Positions 37,350-47,489 of a stretch of DNA of 61,332 nucleotides are shown one piece after another. Every line of letters begins with the position of its first letter. The first letter of the stretch is position 1. Source of the DNA: a virus (lineage: Duplodnaviria > Caudoviricetes); the IMG/VR virus record IMGVR_UViG_3300028883_000051, positions 1 through 61,332 of that record; one strand, written 5' to 3'. Below the pieces are notes generated by a model that saw only the letters and a program-made list of their open reading frames with translations, made no database searches and had not been told where the DNA came from. A program made the position numbers and the translations under genes.

Positions 37350-37811
37350 ATGGCTGAAGTATTAAATTATACATTTCAAGTAGATTCTAGAGTTGATTTT
37401 ACAACCTTAGATAAATATATACGGGCACAGTTAACTGATAAAATCAGTGGATGCAGTATGGTATATGGTTCAGGAGAGATTATTTTACATTTTTATAATG
37501 AGCCTTCTCCTGTATTACAAAATCAAATTCAAAATTATCTATATAATACAATTGATCCGACTATTATTTCTTATTTACGAGAAGGAAGTGTTGTAACTAT
37601 AAACGTATGGCTTCCACTAAATAGAAGTAATCTTACTGAAATTGGTCTTGTTATTGATGGTTTACCATTACCGGAAAATGTACCATTGGCAGAAGATGGA
37701 GAAGGCGGTGTATCCGGTACTGTAGAGATTGTAGATGATGAAGCCTTTACGGTAGTAGCGGATCATACTTTCCGTTTTCCTGTTACAGTAGAAAGGAATA
37801 CAGGAGTATAA
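37350..37811 (+). CDS. Hypothetical tail-module protein
   Basis: AAGGAG RBS; position. Confidence 0.65.
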   Translation: MAEVLNYTFQVDSRVDFTTLDKYIRAQLTDKISGCSMVYGSGEIILHFYNEPSPVLQNQIQNYLYNTIDPTIISYLREGSVVTINVWLPLNRSNLTEIGLVIDGLPLPENVPLAEDGEGGVSGTVEIVDDEAFTVVADHTFRFPVTVERNTGV

Positions 37812-37812
37812 T

Positions 37813-38055
37813 ATGTCATTTATTAAAAATGAATTAGATCAATTTGTAAGAGAAAGAACATATAGCGTTTCACAGGTTCTTTCTGGAATTTCCCAACTAG
37901 AAAGCCTACAGGGGACATGGGAAGATTTGTCGGGGTTACTGGCACTCTCTGAAAATGAGAAATGGCAATTAGTACGTACTACATTACTTTTACTTTTAAA
38001 AGCGGTGCTTTGGTTAATTAGTCGGGAGATTTTGCGATATAGAGAAGATATCTAA
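37813..38055 (+). CDS. Hypothetical protein
   Basis: AGGAG RBS; position. Confidence 0.65.
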   Translation: MSFIKNELDQFVRERTYSVSQVLSGISQLESLQGTWEDLSGLLALSENEKWQLVRTTLLLLLKAVLWLISREILRYREDI

Positions 38056-38450
38056 TGGAAGAAATCTTTACAATTATTGCAGAATACGGTGTTGGTGTTG
38101 CAGCAATAATTGTATTGTTGTATAATACCCGACAAATGGTTTCGCTACAGGATAGAACTATTCACTTAGCGGAGCAATTAGTTGAAAGTATCTCGATTAC
38201 CAGTAAATCTATGGAGAATTTACAGGATAGTGTTGTGCGCAATATGGAGCATATTGAATCTATTACTGATGTTCTCAGCGTTACTATTGCCGACGTAGCC
38301 CATAGTCAATCCCATGTTGTAGACCGTTTAAAAACACTAGATGATAGTATTGAACAATGTAAAACTGTGTTAAGCTATGCTTTAGAAGAATTATCAAAAC
38401 AAGTAGACCTAATAAGTGAGGAAATACATGATGAAAGAAAACCTGATTAA
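38055..38450 (+). CDS. Single-TM coiled-coil protein (lysis-module candidate)
   Basis: N-terminal TM (IIAEYGVGVAAIIVLL) plus heptads. Confidence 0.6.
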   Translation: MEEIFTIIAEYGVGVAAIIVLLYNTRQMVSLQDRTIHLAEQLVESISITSKSMENLQDSVVRNMEHIESITDVLSVTIADVAHSQSHVVDRLKTLDDSIEQCKTVLSYALEELSKQVDLISEEIHDERKPD

Positions 38451-38808
38451 TTTAGTAAAATCATTACGTTTTTGGTTAGGGCTTGCCGTTGTTTTTGCAA
38501 GCTGGCTTGCTGTTGTAGTCTATGGCAATGATTATATTGCCCCGGCTACGATGATTACTGTTTCAATTATTCTGGCTTTGTTCTTAAAGACCAGTTTTCG
38601 CCAGATGCTTGAACAGTATTTTCCAGAAGTAGATTTGGAGCTTATGATTGAAGATGTTGTTAATGTTGTAGGTGAAGAAGTAGAAAAACAGCTAGAGGCT
38701 AAATTAGCTGAAGCAGGCATTGAATATGATGTTAATAATATTATGGAAGGGTTGGAAGATCAGGTGGCAGAAGCCATCTTATCCTTGTTTGAAGAACAAC
38801 CTGAGTAG
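38428..38808 (+). CDS. Holin-like membrane protein
   Basis: KSLRFW motif then two TM helices and acidic tail; end of late operon. Confidence 0.6.
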   Translation: MMKENLINLVKSLRFWLGLAVVFASWLAVVVYGNDYIAPATMITVSIILALFLKTSFRQMLEQYFPEVDLELMIEDVVNVVGEEVEKQLEAKLAEAGIEYDVNNIMEGLEDQVAEAILSLFEEQPE

Positions 38809-38812
38809 AAAT

Positions 38813-38847
38813 AAAAAAAGCCTGAGTAGTTGTACTCAGGCTTTTTT
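38813..38847. terminator. Bidirectional intrinsic terminator
   Basis: AAAAAAGCCTGAGTA/TACTCAGGCTTTTTT between convergent arms. Confidence 0.9.
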
Positions 38848-38863
38848 GATTCCTATTTAATTG

Positions 38864-39064
38864 TTAACCGCCGGATTTTACAATAAATTCCTGCCAGTCA
38901 TAGTAGTACGCCTGTGCTTCCTGCGCTGTAATATCGAAAACATCCATCAATTCTTCAATAAAATCAGCAACCATGTAGACACCTGCGGCTTTAAGATCAT
39001 CCAAGTAATCAAAAATAACATAAACATTTACCTGCTTACGGTCATCATTGTTATACTTTGGCAT
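38864..39064 (-). CDS. Small hypothetical protein
   Basis: AAGGA RBS; FDYLDDLKAAG. Confidence 0.65.
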   Translation of the reverse strand: MPKYNNDDRKQVNVYVIFDYLDDLKAAGVYMVADFIEELMDVFDITAQEAQAYYYDWQEFIVKSGG

Positions 39065-39740
39065 TTTCCTTTTCCTTTATAAATAAGTTTCTTAGAGTAA
39101 AATGTGAGTCAGTAGGTATAACGACACTTTTGCCCTGTTTCCTATATCTGGCGATTGCCCTGTTCATTCCGGCTTCTGATTTATACACCTTCTCCTTTCC
39201 GTCAATAAGCACAGTGTAGTTTCCATTTTCTACTCTCATTTCTGTGTGTTCTGTCTGAATAACGAACACACGACTAATCGTATAAAAGACGGCGATAAGC
39301 GGTAGCATTAGTGCCAATATGAATGGTGATGCTTCTATTAGGGGCTGTAATGCCGCTTGCCAATAAGCTGATACACCCGTACCCACAGTAAGCGTAGGGG
39401 TATGGTAGTAAGCAAAAATCAACTGCGCAAAGAAACTACCAACAGCAATCAGTGTAAAAGTTACAGATAAACCGATAACACCTTTTTTTGTATCTTTTTG
39501 TCGTGCTTGTTTTACATAGTTTACGATATTATGCGATACAACCAGCATACCAACATCGATTGAAATTGCTACAAGAGCACCACGTAACCATATCGGATCA
39601 CTTAATGAAAAGTATGATGTAGCTGGTTGGCCTAAAAATAATGTTCCGGCTGCCCATGCGGTATGTTCAAATGTAGCTATAGCTACCGCTAGGTACAACA
39701 ACTCATAAAAGATAGTGTTCATCTTCGTTCGGATTTTCAA
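39051..39740 (-). CDS. Multi-pass membrane protein
   Basis: About four hydrophobic helices. Confidence 0.75.
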   Translation of the reverse strand: MKIRTKMNTIFYELLYLAVAIATFEHTAWAAGTLFLGQPATSYFSLSDPIWLRGALVAISIDVGMLVVSHNIVNYVKQARQKDTKKGVIGLSVTFTLIAVGSFFAQLIFAYYHTPTLTVGTGVSAYWQAALQPLIEASPFILALMLPLIAVFYTISRVFVIQTEHTEMRVENGNYTVLIDGKEKVYKSEAGMNRAIARYRKQGKSVVIPTDSHFTLRNLFIKEKENAKV

Positions 39741-40011
39741 GTCTTACTGGCTTATCAAGTAGCCAGATATTAAAATAAGAAGGTACAATATCGGGACACT
39801 TAAGCAATAAGAATTTTAAAATCTCTCTCCTTCGTCTATACGACAATTTATTGAATTTTTTCTCTAAATAAAGAATTAGCTCTGCATCCCAATACATAGC
39901 TATTTCCTGTTGCTCATTTAAAGCTCTTGCAAATTCTTTTCTGTTCATTCTAAGATAAAATCTAAAAAATTCCATATAGGTAGGATAATTATACATCTTC
40001 TTTTTTGTCAT
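39703..40011 (-). CDS. Possible XRE-like HTH protein
   Basis: RFYLRMNRKEFARAL...ILYLEK. Confidence 0.5.
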   Translation of the reverse strand: MTKKKMYNYPTYMEFFRFYLRMNRKEFARALNEQQEIAMYWDAELILYLEKKFNKLSYRRRREILKFLLLKCPDIVPSYFNIWLLDKPVRLENPNEDEHYLL

Positions 40012-42343
40012 ACGGTTCTAATTCTCCCCAATTATCACCTATATCAATATCTATAACAATAGGAACACATTTTGTATCTACTGGTGGATTTGTCATTATC
40101 TCTACGATATCCAGTAAAGCAACTTCCCGTATTTCATCGTTAATAAGTAGTAACAAACTATCGTGGACAGTATTTATGATTTGCACTTTATCTCCGTATT
40201 TGTGGTATAGTTTATCGAATAAAGTAACAAGTGACCATAACGTGAAATCCCCTGCGGTAGACTGGTCAGGCATATTGATAGCTTGGTTCTGAATACGCCA
40301 CCACCACTTGCGCAGGATCAGAGGAAATCTACGTTTACGCCCAAAGAGACTTTCAACATATTGTTCTTTATCTGCTTTAATATGTTGTTTCCGCATATAA
40401 TCAGCAATGCCGGGGTACGCCGTCATGTACCGATTAATAGCCTTTTGAGCTTCATCCTTTGACATAGTACGTTCGCCACGCTGTTCCAATTCCTGCATTT
40501 CTCTACCGTTGGAAATACCGTAGGCGGTTCTACCGTAAATTATACCAAAGTTAAAAATCTTTGCCAATTGTCGTTCTTCTTTTGTTACGTCTTTTATATC
40601 TTTGTGGAAGATAAATGCGGCAGTCTTAGCATGTAAATCTTCACCGTTAACGTAAACCTGTTTAAGATTTTCATCCTCAGATAGAATAGCCATTACTCGC
40701 AATTCTAGCTGTGAATAATCTACTTCTACAAACTTATAACCTTTTGGCGCAATAAATGCTTTCCTGACAAGATAATTATCAGTCTTTGGTATGTTCTGTA
40801 GGTTAGGATTATTTGAGCTAAGCCGTCCTGTTTTTGTGCCGTGTAACAGGAAATTGCCGTGTATTCTTCCGTCAATAGAAGCCATCTTACGTAATGGTTC
40901 AAGATACGTACCTAGAATTTTAGAATACTTACGATATTCAAGTAGACGCTGTGCAAATTGTGCTACTTCATCATCGGGATAATATACAGTAATATGTGAT
41001 AATGTAGCTTCATCTGTTTTTGTAACGTCTACAAAATAGCACTCAGAAAGTATACGTTTAATATCTTTTGGCGTATTTGGATTAAATAAAAAAGCATTAT
41101 CCTTAAGCCATTCGTATAATTCAGGCAACGTTGTTTTTATACTAGCAAATTGTTCTTTGACAATTTGAGTATATTTGTGTATGGCTTTCTCAAGAAAACT
41201 AATATCAACGGGCATACCTGTAAGTGTAACATGCGCAAGCCGTACTGTAGCCGGATATAACAACGTTGTCAGTAAGTTTTGTAACTTGGGATCATCCTGT
41301 AATTGGTTTTCTAGTTCAGTCTTAAGTAGAATAGTACAGTGAGTATCAAACCCCAAATAATAATATAAAGAATCCCAATCTTTCTTGTCGTCTGGTAGTC
41401 CATAAAATTCATTCCAACTAAAACTATAATCCGGAATATTAAAGTATTCCTGACTGAGTACCTTAAGTGAAATACCGCCTATTCTATCAGTAAATGTACG
41501 TTCGTCAAGAGCGTAAGCGGCTAACATGGTATCAACAATTTTAGTTTTTAAGAAATCATAATCAAGAAATTTGATTAAAAATTGAATATCAAACAGCGCA
41601 TTATGTAATACAAATTCACCATCATAAGTATCAATAAAGTGCCGTAATGCCCGTACTGTCTGCTCTTTATACTTAGTAAGCATGGTGTACGGAATAATGA
41701 GACTAAAGGTATGCCCGTATCGTTTTGCAGCCCCAAGACCAATAGCATAAATTTCATCAATAAAAGGTGACGGCGTACTTTTCTCAAAATTACTTGTTTC
41801 AATATCCAATGAAACAGCAGAAGCATTTGAAATATATGCCAATTCATCAATAAGTTTTTGTGGTGTATTTACAATAACACGTTCAATAACAGGTGCAGGG
41901 GGAATATCTTTGGCATTATAAAGTTTAAGGGCATCTGTCGTAAAGTCTCTAAAGACTTCATAATTTTTCTCAAGATTATCTACGCCAACTGTGGTAATAA
42001 AAAGAATATTGTTTTTCTTTACAAGTAACCCACGTACCTTTGAAAGAGCAATAGCCCGGCTATCACCGTGTACATAAGCATGGGTAAACTTGCCACAAAG
42101 TAATACTTTATCCGGGTTATGCTTCTTAATAAGCGCCTCTACGTCTTTGCCCTCTTTATGTAGCTTTGACAGGGAAACTCTTTTGGCATAACCATACAGG
42201 GATTCATATACAATAGGTTCTTTTCCAAATATCTGGCGTAAAACAGTGGATATTACAGTACCAGCACCATCCGAGCCGTCATTAAAAGGATGGTGTTCAT
42301 CAACTACATTAGAGGATAAGTAGTCACGAATAACTAAAAGCAT
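39989..42343 (-). CDS. polA: Family A DNA polymerase with 3'-5' exonuclease and degenerate UDG-like N-terminal domain
   Basis: Exo LDIET, HNALFD, YLGFD; TGRLSS.NPNLQNIP, DYSQLELR, AKIFNFGIIYG, VHDS; N-terminal PF.G..G...PDKVLLCG. Confidence 0.95.
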   Translation of the reverse strand: MLLVIRDYLSSNVVDEHHPFNDGSDGAGTVISTVLRQIFGKEPIVYESLYGYAKRVSLSKLHKEGKDVEALIKKHNPDKVLLCGKFTHAYVHGDSRAIALSKVRGLLVKKNNILFITTVGVDNLEKNYEVFRDFTTDALKLYNAKDIPPAPVIERVIVNTPQKLIDELAYISNASAVSLDIETSNFEKSTPSPFIDEIYAIGLGAAKRYGHTFSLIIPYTMLTKYKEQTVRALRHFIDTYDGEFVLHNALFDIQFLIKFLDYDFLKTKIVDTMLAAYALDERTFTDRIGGISLKVLSQEYFNIPDYSFSWNEFYGLPDDKKDWDSLYYYLGFDTHCTILLKTELENQLQDDPKLQNLLTTLLYPATVRLAHVTLTGMPVDISFLEKAIHKYTQIVKEQFASIKTTLPELYEWLKDNAFLFNPNTPKDIKRILSECYFVDVTKTDEATLSHITVYYPDDEVAQFAQRLLEYRKYSKILGTYLEPLRKMASIDGRIHGNFLLHGTKTGRLSSNNPNLQNIPKTDNYLVRKAFIAPKGYKFVEVDYSQLELRVMAILSEDENLKQVYVNGEDLHAKTAAFIFHKDIKDVTKEERQLAKIFNFGIIYGRTAYGISNGREMQELEQRGERTMSKDEAQKAINRYMTAYPGIADYMRKQHIKADKEQYVESLFGRKRRFPLILRKWWWRIQNQAINMPDQSTAGDFTLWSLVTLFDKLYHKYGDKVQIINTVHDSLLLLINDEIREVALLDIVEIMTNPPVDTKCVPIVIDIDIGDNWGELEPYDKKEDV

Positions 42344-42392
42344 ATTTAACCTTTCAGGGGCATACAGTATGTATGCCCCTTTACTTTAACAA

Positions 42393-42965
42393 CTACATCA
42401 AGTCAGAACGTTCGCCTGTATTAGCAGATTCTAAATCTGCACCACCTGCTTTACGGCACGTACCTACAATTTCGCCTCTCTTGATCTTATTAACTTTCTT
42501 TTCCTTGTCACGATCATCGGGAATAACGTCAAGCGTTACTTTAACGGTATTACCTGCCATAGCGTATACGTCACCGTTACCAAATTCAAAACCGATAAAT
42601 GGACGGCGACCATCTTCATCGGTAGTATCCGCAAACTTAAAACCCTGTTTAAATACATAAGCACCTGTTTCATCGGTATCGAAATCAACCGTAAAACCAT
42701 GCTCTACCGTCATATCTTTCAAGCCAAGCATATCCAGTGTAGCGGGAATTTTCCACTTCATTACCTGTTCGGTAAGTGTAATGAAATCCCACAATTTACG
42801 TGATACGCCGTTATCATCTTTAATATCGTAAACTACTTCAATCATCGGATTGCCAGCTTTTGACAGCTTAAAATTTGTATCGGAAATTTCTGCAAGATAT
42901 TCGCCGGGGGGCAAAGCATCAAACTGCGATTTAAAAGAATCCTGCTTAAAGGTAATAAGGGTCAT
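42393..42965 (-). CDS. ssDNA-binding protein (DUF669-like OB fold)
   Basis: FDALPPGEY.AEI...SKAGNPMI...KLWD. Confidence 0.75.
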   Translation of the reverse strand: MTLITFKQDSFKSQFDALPPGEYLAEISDTNFKLSKAGNPMIEVVYDIKDDNGVSRKLWDFITLTEQVMKWKIPATLDMLGLKDMTVEHGFTVDFDTDETGAYVFKQGFKFADTTDEDGRRPFIGFEFGNGDVYAMAGNTVKVTLDVIPDDRDKEKKVNKIKRGEIVGTCRKAGGADLESANTGERSDLM

Positions 42966-43780
42966 TATTCATTATCTCCATTTTGGTCTTGGTCTTTTTC
43001 ATATTCTTCTTCAGGAATTTCCCCAATAATTCTTAATGGGGCATCGGAACTATCATACTCACCAACAAGAGCTTTCATAAGTTTAGCAAAAGTAGGTTCA
43101 GCTATTTGATCGGGCACTTCCTTTCTACGTTCTTCTGGCACACGAGTAAGTACATCAAATTTAGGATAATTATTCAAAAGTAACACACGATTATTATCAG
43201 CGTCTACTGCAAGATACAACCGCTGCGTCATCCTGCGGCTGAATAAACCCGGAATAAGTTTCTTAGGCTGTAACAACGGAACATACTTATGACCAAGCAC
43301 TTCATCCAAGATACGGGCAGGATGTACAGTTGCAACAAAGTGCATAGGTAAACTGAGAAGTTTATCAAGTGTTTGTATAACTGACATCTGCGTATAAAGA
43401 TAATCTTGAATTTCGGGTTTATTTGTATCTTTACGACGGGCTACGGTAGCTGTCTCATTAGCTACGATAGCGTTAAAAAGCTGTTGGTTATATTCGGAAA
43501 AACTATCAAAAATAACCATATTATATGAGTGATCGCCGGAAACCAAGTATTCATAAATTTCATTTACTTCTTCATAAAAATCCTTACCAATTACTGCAAT
43601 ATCGATATTCTCTGTTGTCGGAGAAATGATATTATCAGCACTTCCATCAAAATCTACGAGTAAAGCCTTCATATCCGGTACATCTTTTATGGTAGCGATA
43701 AAACTTGTTTTACCACTACCCGTTTGCCCCATAATGCTCATGCGCATATAGGGGACTTTAAGCGGTTTACGTATTTGCAT
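42965..43780 (-). CDS. AAA/RecA-like ATPase (Sak4-like)
   Basis: GQTGSGKTS, LVDFDG, VIFDSFSE, VATVH. Confidence 0.8.
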   Translation of the reverse strand: MQIRKPLKVPYMRMSIMGQTGSGKTSFIATIKDVPDMKALLVDFDGSADNIISPTTENIDIAVIGKDFYEEVNEIYEYLVSGDHSYNMVIFDSFSEYNQQLFNAIVANETATVARRKDTNKPEIQDYLYTQMSVIQTLDKLLSLPMHFVATVHPARILDEVLGHKYVPLLQPKKLIPGLFSRRMTQRLYLAVDADNNRVLLLNNYPKFDVLTRVPEERRKEVPDQIAEPTFAKLMKALVGEYDSSDAPLRIIGEIPEEEYEKDQDQNGDNE

Positions 43781-43814
43781 AAAAAGTACCTTTCGGTTTA
43801 TATTCGATGCTTAA

Positions 43815-43854
43815 AGTATACCACACAGGCGGACACTGGTCAAGCCGCCTGTGT
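43815..43854 (-). promoter_or_regulatory. sigma70 promoter inside a 10-bp inverted repeat
   Basis: TTGACC-17-TATACT with TG; ACACAGGCGG/CCGCCTGTGT flanks the -35. Confidence 0.7.
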
Positions 43855-43864
43855 TAGAAAACTA

Positions 43865-44908
43865 TTAGAAATGAGAGCGTTCCCTGTACTCAAAAAGTTC
43901 GTCCAGATACCCGGCGGTGTCCGCGCCTGTAGCCTTCATATAACAGTAGGAAAGCATGGGACACCTGTCACAATTATAAGTAGACGGGTTAGCAAAGATG
44001 TATTTTTCAGGTTCTTCTACCATAATTGCTAATTGATCCAAGTGACGAGTTAAATTTTCTAAATGGTGTTGCTGTTGATCATCGTTATGAAAGATAAAGA
44101 TACGGCTAAAGAAATAATCATAGCTTACCTTCCTGACATAAGCTAATTCATCGGCGTAACTGGAAAGGCTTTCACCAGATTCTTTTATTGCTTCCTCATA
44201 ATACTGTGGAATAGTATGTTCTAGTTTTCCCTTTGCTCTCGTTACACCTTTTTTAAGATATAATCCACCTTTTACAGGCGGCTTTGACAGAAGAATATTA
44301 TGACCAAGTTTCCACACTGGTTTATTATACAGTACCGTAGCCGCATAGGCGTACACCTGCATTTGTATATCAATCGATAGCATCATATTCAGGTTAATAT
44401 CAGCGGTAGTTCTACTGCGGGTCTTATGGTCGATGATAACCATATTGCCGTTTGTATCTTCTACTACAAGATCAATGACACCACGCACGTTAAACTTACC
44501 GATAGGCAGTTCAAAAAACTTCTCTACATCAATAACTTTGTGCATCCACTTAGGTACAGGATCACCGTTATAAAGATAGTTTTCGTAAATCAACAACGCC
44601 TTTGTGGTTAATGAATCTACAAGAGCTACATCATCTTGATATTGTTCTGCAAATTTTTGGGCTTCCTTTGCTACAGCAAGCCGACCAACATCAAACAGCT
44701 TTAGCGGCTCGTGTACATTATAAGCACCTCTGCCTTTTTCTTTAATAACAAGATAAAATGCTTCAAGTGCTGCGTGTACAAGTGAGCCTAAAATCATATA
44801 AGATGAAGGCTTTGTCGATTGCCTGCGTTTAAAATCTAATTCATACCAGCGTAAAGGGCACGTTCCCGATTTAGAAATACTCGTGACACTTATATCAAAG
44901 ACACTCAT
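43865..44908 (-). CDS. PD-(D/E)XK exonuclease (RecB/Cas4-like)
   Basis: CP..., GSLVHAALE, VE, RGVIDLV, IIDHKT, QMQVYA, CDRCPMLSYC. Confidence 0.9.
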   Translation of the reverse strand: MSVFDISVTSISKSGTCPLRWYELDFKRRQSTKPSSYMILGSLVHAALEAFYLVIKEKGRGAYNVHEPLKLFDVGRLAVAKEAQKFAEQYQDDVALVDSLTTKALLIYENYLYNGDPVPKWMHKVIDVEKFFELPIGKFNVRGVIDLVVEDTNGNMVIIDHKTRSRTTADINLNMMLSIDIQMQVYAYAATVLYNKPVWKLGHNILLSKPPVKGGLYLKKGVTRAKGKLEHTIPQYYEEAIKESGESLSSYADELAYVRKVSYDYFFSRIFIFHNDDQQQHHLENLTRHLDQLAIMVEEPEKYIFANPSTYNCDRCPMLSYCYMKATGADTAGYLDELFEYRERSHF

Positions 44909-45318
44909 ACAATCCCTTCCTTTTCTAAATAAAAAATAAGCATTTCGGCAGCGTCCTGTTCATGAACAGATTTAAACGTTTGCATGTGTTTATACCTGTT
45001 GCCTGTAATAGGCTTCCAATCAGCCGGGCGAATTTGTACAATAGCTGACCTGAGATTTTTTTCACGGTTTACAATATTGTAAACAAAAGAAGATAAACGC
45101 TGCATATCTTTTCTAAGGTCGGTACTTACGTGTACAGGTCGTACTGCTGGATTTTCTATTATGATTGTTTCTATGTTATAAGTTTTAAATACTTCATACA
45201 GTACGATATTAAGACGTTCCGGTGTTACAGAATTAAGATATACGAATACATCTTCCTCTGTATCATATACCGCTATTCCCGTTGTAACACCTACGTCAAG
45301 TGCTAGATAATGTGTCAT
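44905..45318 (-). CDS. RuvC-like Holliday junction resolvase
   Basis: LALDVGVTTGIA, IIIE, PADWK, HEQDA. Confidence 0.8.
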   Translation of the reverse strand: MTHYLALDVGVTTGIAVYDTEEDVFVYLNSVTPERLNIVLYEVFKTYNIETIIIENPAVRPVHVSTDLRKDMQRLSSFVYNIVNREKNLRSAIVQIRPADWKPITGNRYKHMQTFKSVHEQDAAEMLIFYLEKEGIV

Positions 45319-45647
45319 TAAAAATCCTCTTTTGTCATGTGTTCAAGATAAGGTACAAAGATTTCATCTACAAAAGCTACAATTGTATCAGATTCACTTT
45401 TATATAATTGTAAAATTCCAAGAGCTAATAGAATGATAACGTTAAGTTTTTTTGTAATTCCGGTAGTAGCAATAGAGCCAAGAGCCTCAACAAGTGCGTA
45501 CTCTGTAAAAACTTTATTAGTATTATAACGGTGATTACAAACAAAGCAGAAATAATTACCCTCACCTACTTCAATATGTTCTGATCCGCAAATAAGACAC
45601 TCAGTTACTTTCATCAAAAACAGTTTCCTTTCTGTAAACAAGTTCAT
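45318..45647 (-). CDS. Zn-ribbon hypothetical protein
   Basis: CLICGS...CFVC. Confidence 0.65.
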   Translation of the reverse strand: MNLFTERKLFLMKVTECLICGSEHIEVGEGNYFCFVCNHRYNTNKVFTEYALVEALGSIATTGITKKLNVIILLALGILQLYKSESDTIVAFVDEIFVPYLEHMTKEDF

Positions 45648-45782
45648 CTAATTCTTGCCCGTATAGATCATGATACATCATAGCAAGGATATAGAACAAC
45701 TTTGCGAGTAAAAAACGATATGACATATTCTTTAATTCTAAGATTTCCCGCCTCACATCTTCCTGATACTTTCTCATAAGAG

Positions 45783-47489
45783 TTATCCTTTCACTGTTGC
45801 AAGAAGATTTATAAGTTCCGCACCCGTTACTTTACTAATATCTAAAAACTTTCCTGATAAATTTTCGGTAAGCACTTCATCAAAAGAATTTTTAACATAT
45901 AACGTTACCCATACCGGACGAAAAGTTAATTTTAAACGCCGTGTACGGTACATAGCCTGATACATAGCATCTGCGCTCCATGTTCTATCATACGAAATAA
46001 TTGTACGGGAATTTGTAAGCGTAAGCCCGTACTTACCTAAGTCTACAGAAAGAATAAGAACATCAAAATCGCCCTGTACGTACCTTTCTACAACTGCGGC
46101 GTTATTAGATTGACCCCCGATTGCTAACCCTATTGTAACATCTTTTTTGAATTTATTTGTTAGAAATTTGTATAAACTTTTTGCAGTTTCCCGTTCATAC
46201 GTCCAGATAAGCATAGGCAAATCATATTGGTGCTCAGAGATTATAGAAGCAATTGCATCATTTTTTATGCTTATATCTTTACCTCCAAAATTTACAGGAT
46301 TACTTGTAGCTTGGCGTAACCGGGTTAACTTTGTAAGCGTTTCAAAAATATTTGAAAAAGAATCATTACCGTGTTCTTCTAATACAGGTAACACTTCTTC
46401 TTTATAAATCATATCATATATTTTACGTTGTTCTGCTTCCATTTCCAACGGCATAAAGACATTAATGTACTCAGGTGGTTTACTGCCTTTATCCCACTTA
46501 TCTAATTCATCCATGTGAACAGAAAACATTAAATCCTTAAACCGCTGGCGTGGATTAATTGAGAATTTAGTACCTACGATTGTACCACCGTAACGCCCTG
46601 CGGTACTCCATACGTTTCTATCTACAATACAATGTGTTTCCGCAAACTTCCAATAAGATGTATATACTTTCGGCAGCATCATCCGCAACTGCCCAAACAG
46701 ATCATCTATATAACGCGAAACAGGTGAGCCTGAAATAAGAAACGTGTACTTTACCGTCTTACGCACTTCACCGATATTATAAGCACGTTTTGAAGTCTTT
46801 GGGCTGTTACGCCTGTAGTTCTTTACCATAAGACTTTCGTCAAGTACGAGTACGTTATACTTTTCTTTGGCATAAAGTTTCCATTTTGTTGATGCAGAAA
46901 ACGTAGCATAATTGATAATGTTTATATCGTATGATGTATCAGGCTTTTTACTGTGACAGGATACAGCCGTAAAATCCGTCCACTTTTTTATTTCCCGTTC
47001 CCACGTGGGAATTAGGATTTTAGGACAAACAACTAGAATACGTTTTTGTTGCAGTAAAGCAAGTGTGATTAGCGTCGTCACCGTTTTACCCAAGCCGGGC
47101 GATAGCGAAAGTAAGCCTACTTTGTACGGATTGTTATATAGAAATTCTACAGCTTTCTTTTGAAAAGAATACAGCTTATTCCAACTTTCCTGTTCTTTTG
47201 GTGTAAGAGCATTTATCGGTAAATCAGACGTAGTATATCCAAATTCCTCTTTAATAATTTCTAAGGCTAATGGGCTGGTTATATTGAGTGTTGTATTACT
47301 ATCACGCGCCCATATTTGAATATCCTCAATACACGAATACAGCGGCGGAAACACCCATGTACTATTTACCGCATCCCACTTACCAAGGTTATCTTCAAAG
47401 TTTACAACCTTATTGAACGCCATATCAAGGTTACTGGTAAGTACGAGTTTACCTTTATTATCTAGTAAGGTACAGGTGATCTGTGCCAT
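45783..47489 (-). CDS. SNF2-family helicase
   Basis: LYSFQ, PGLGKT, VVCP, LVLDES, ISGSP, GLTLT, Q...RTRR. Confidence 0.9.
   Translation of the reverse strand: MAQITCTLLDNKGKLVLTSNLDMAFNKVVNFEDNLGKWDAVNSTWVFPPLYSCIEDIQIWARDSNTTLNITSPLALEIIKEEFGYTTSDLPINALTPKEQESWNKLYSFQKKAVEFLYNNPYKVGLLSLSPGLGKTVTTLITLALLQQKRILVVCPKILIPTWEREIKKWTDFTAVSCHSKKPDTSYDINIINYATFSASTKWKLYAKEKYNVLVLDESLMVKNYRRNSPKTSKRAYNIGEVRKTVKYTFLISGSPVSRYIDDLFGQLRMMLPKVYTSYWKFAETHCIVDRNVWSTAGRYGGTIVGTKFSINPRQRFKDLMFSVHMDELDKWDKGSKPPEYINVFMPLEMEAEQRKIYDMIYKEEVLPVLEEHGNDSFSNIFETLTKLTRLRQATSNPVNFGGKDISIKNDAIASIISEHQYDLPMLIWTYERETAKSLYKFLTNKFKKDVTIGLAIGGQSNNAAVVERYVQGDFDVLILSVDLGKYGLTLTNSRTIISYDRTWSADAMYQAMYRTRRLKLTFRPVWVTLYVKNSFDEVLTENLSGKFLDISKVTGAELINLLATVKG

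Noticed and set aside
43865-44908. CRISPR-associated Cas4
   Set aside because: Sits in a standard phage recombination module with an AAA ATPase and SSB; no cas1 or array
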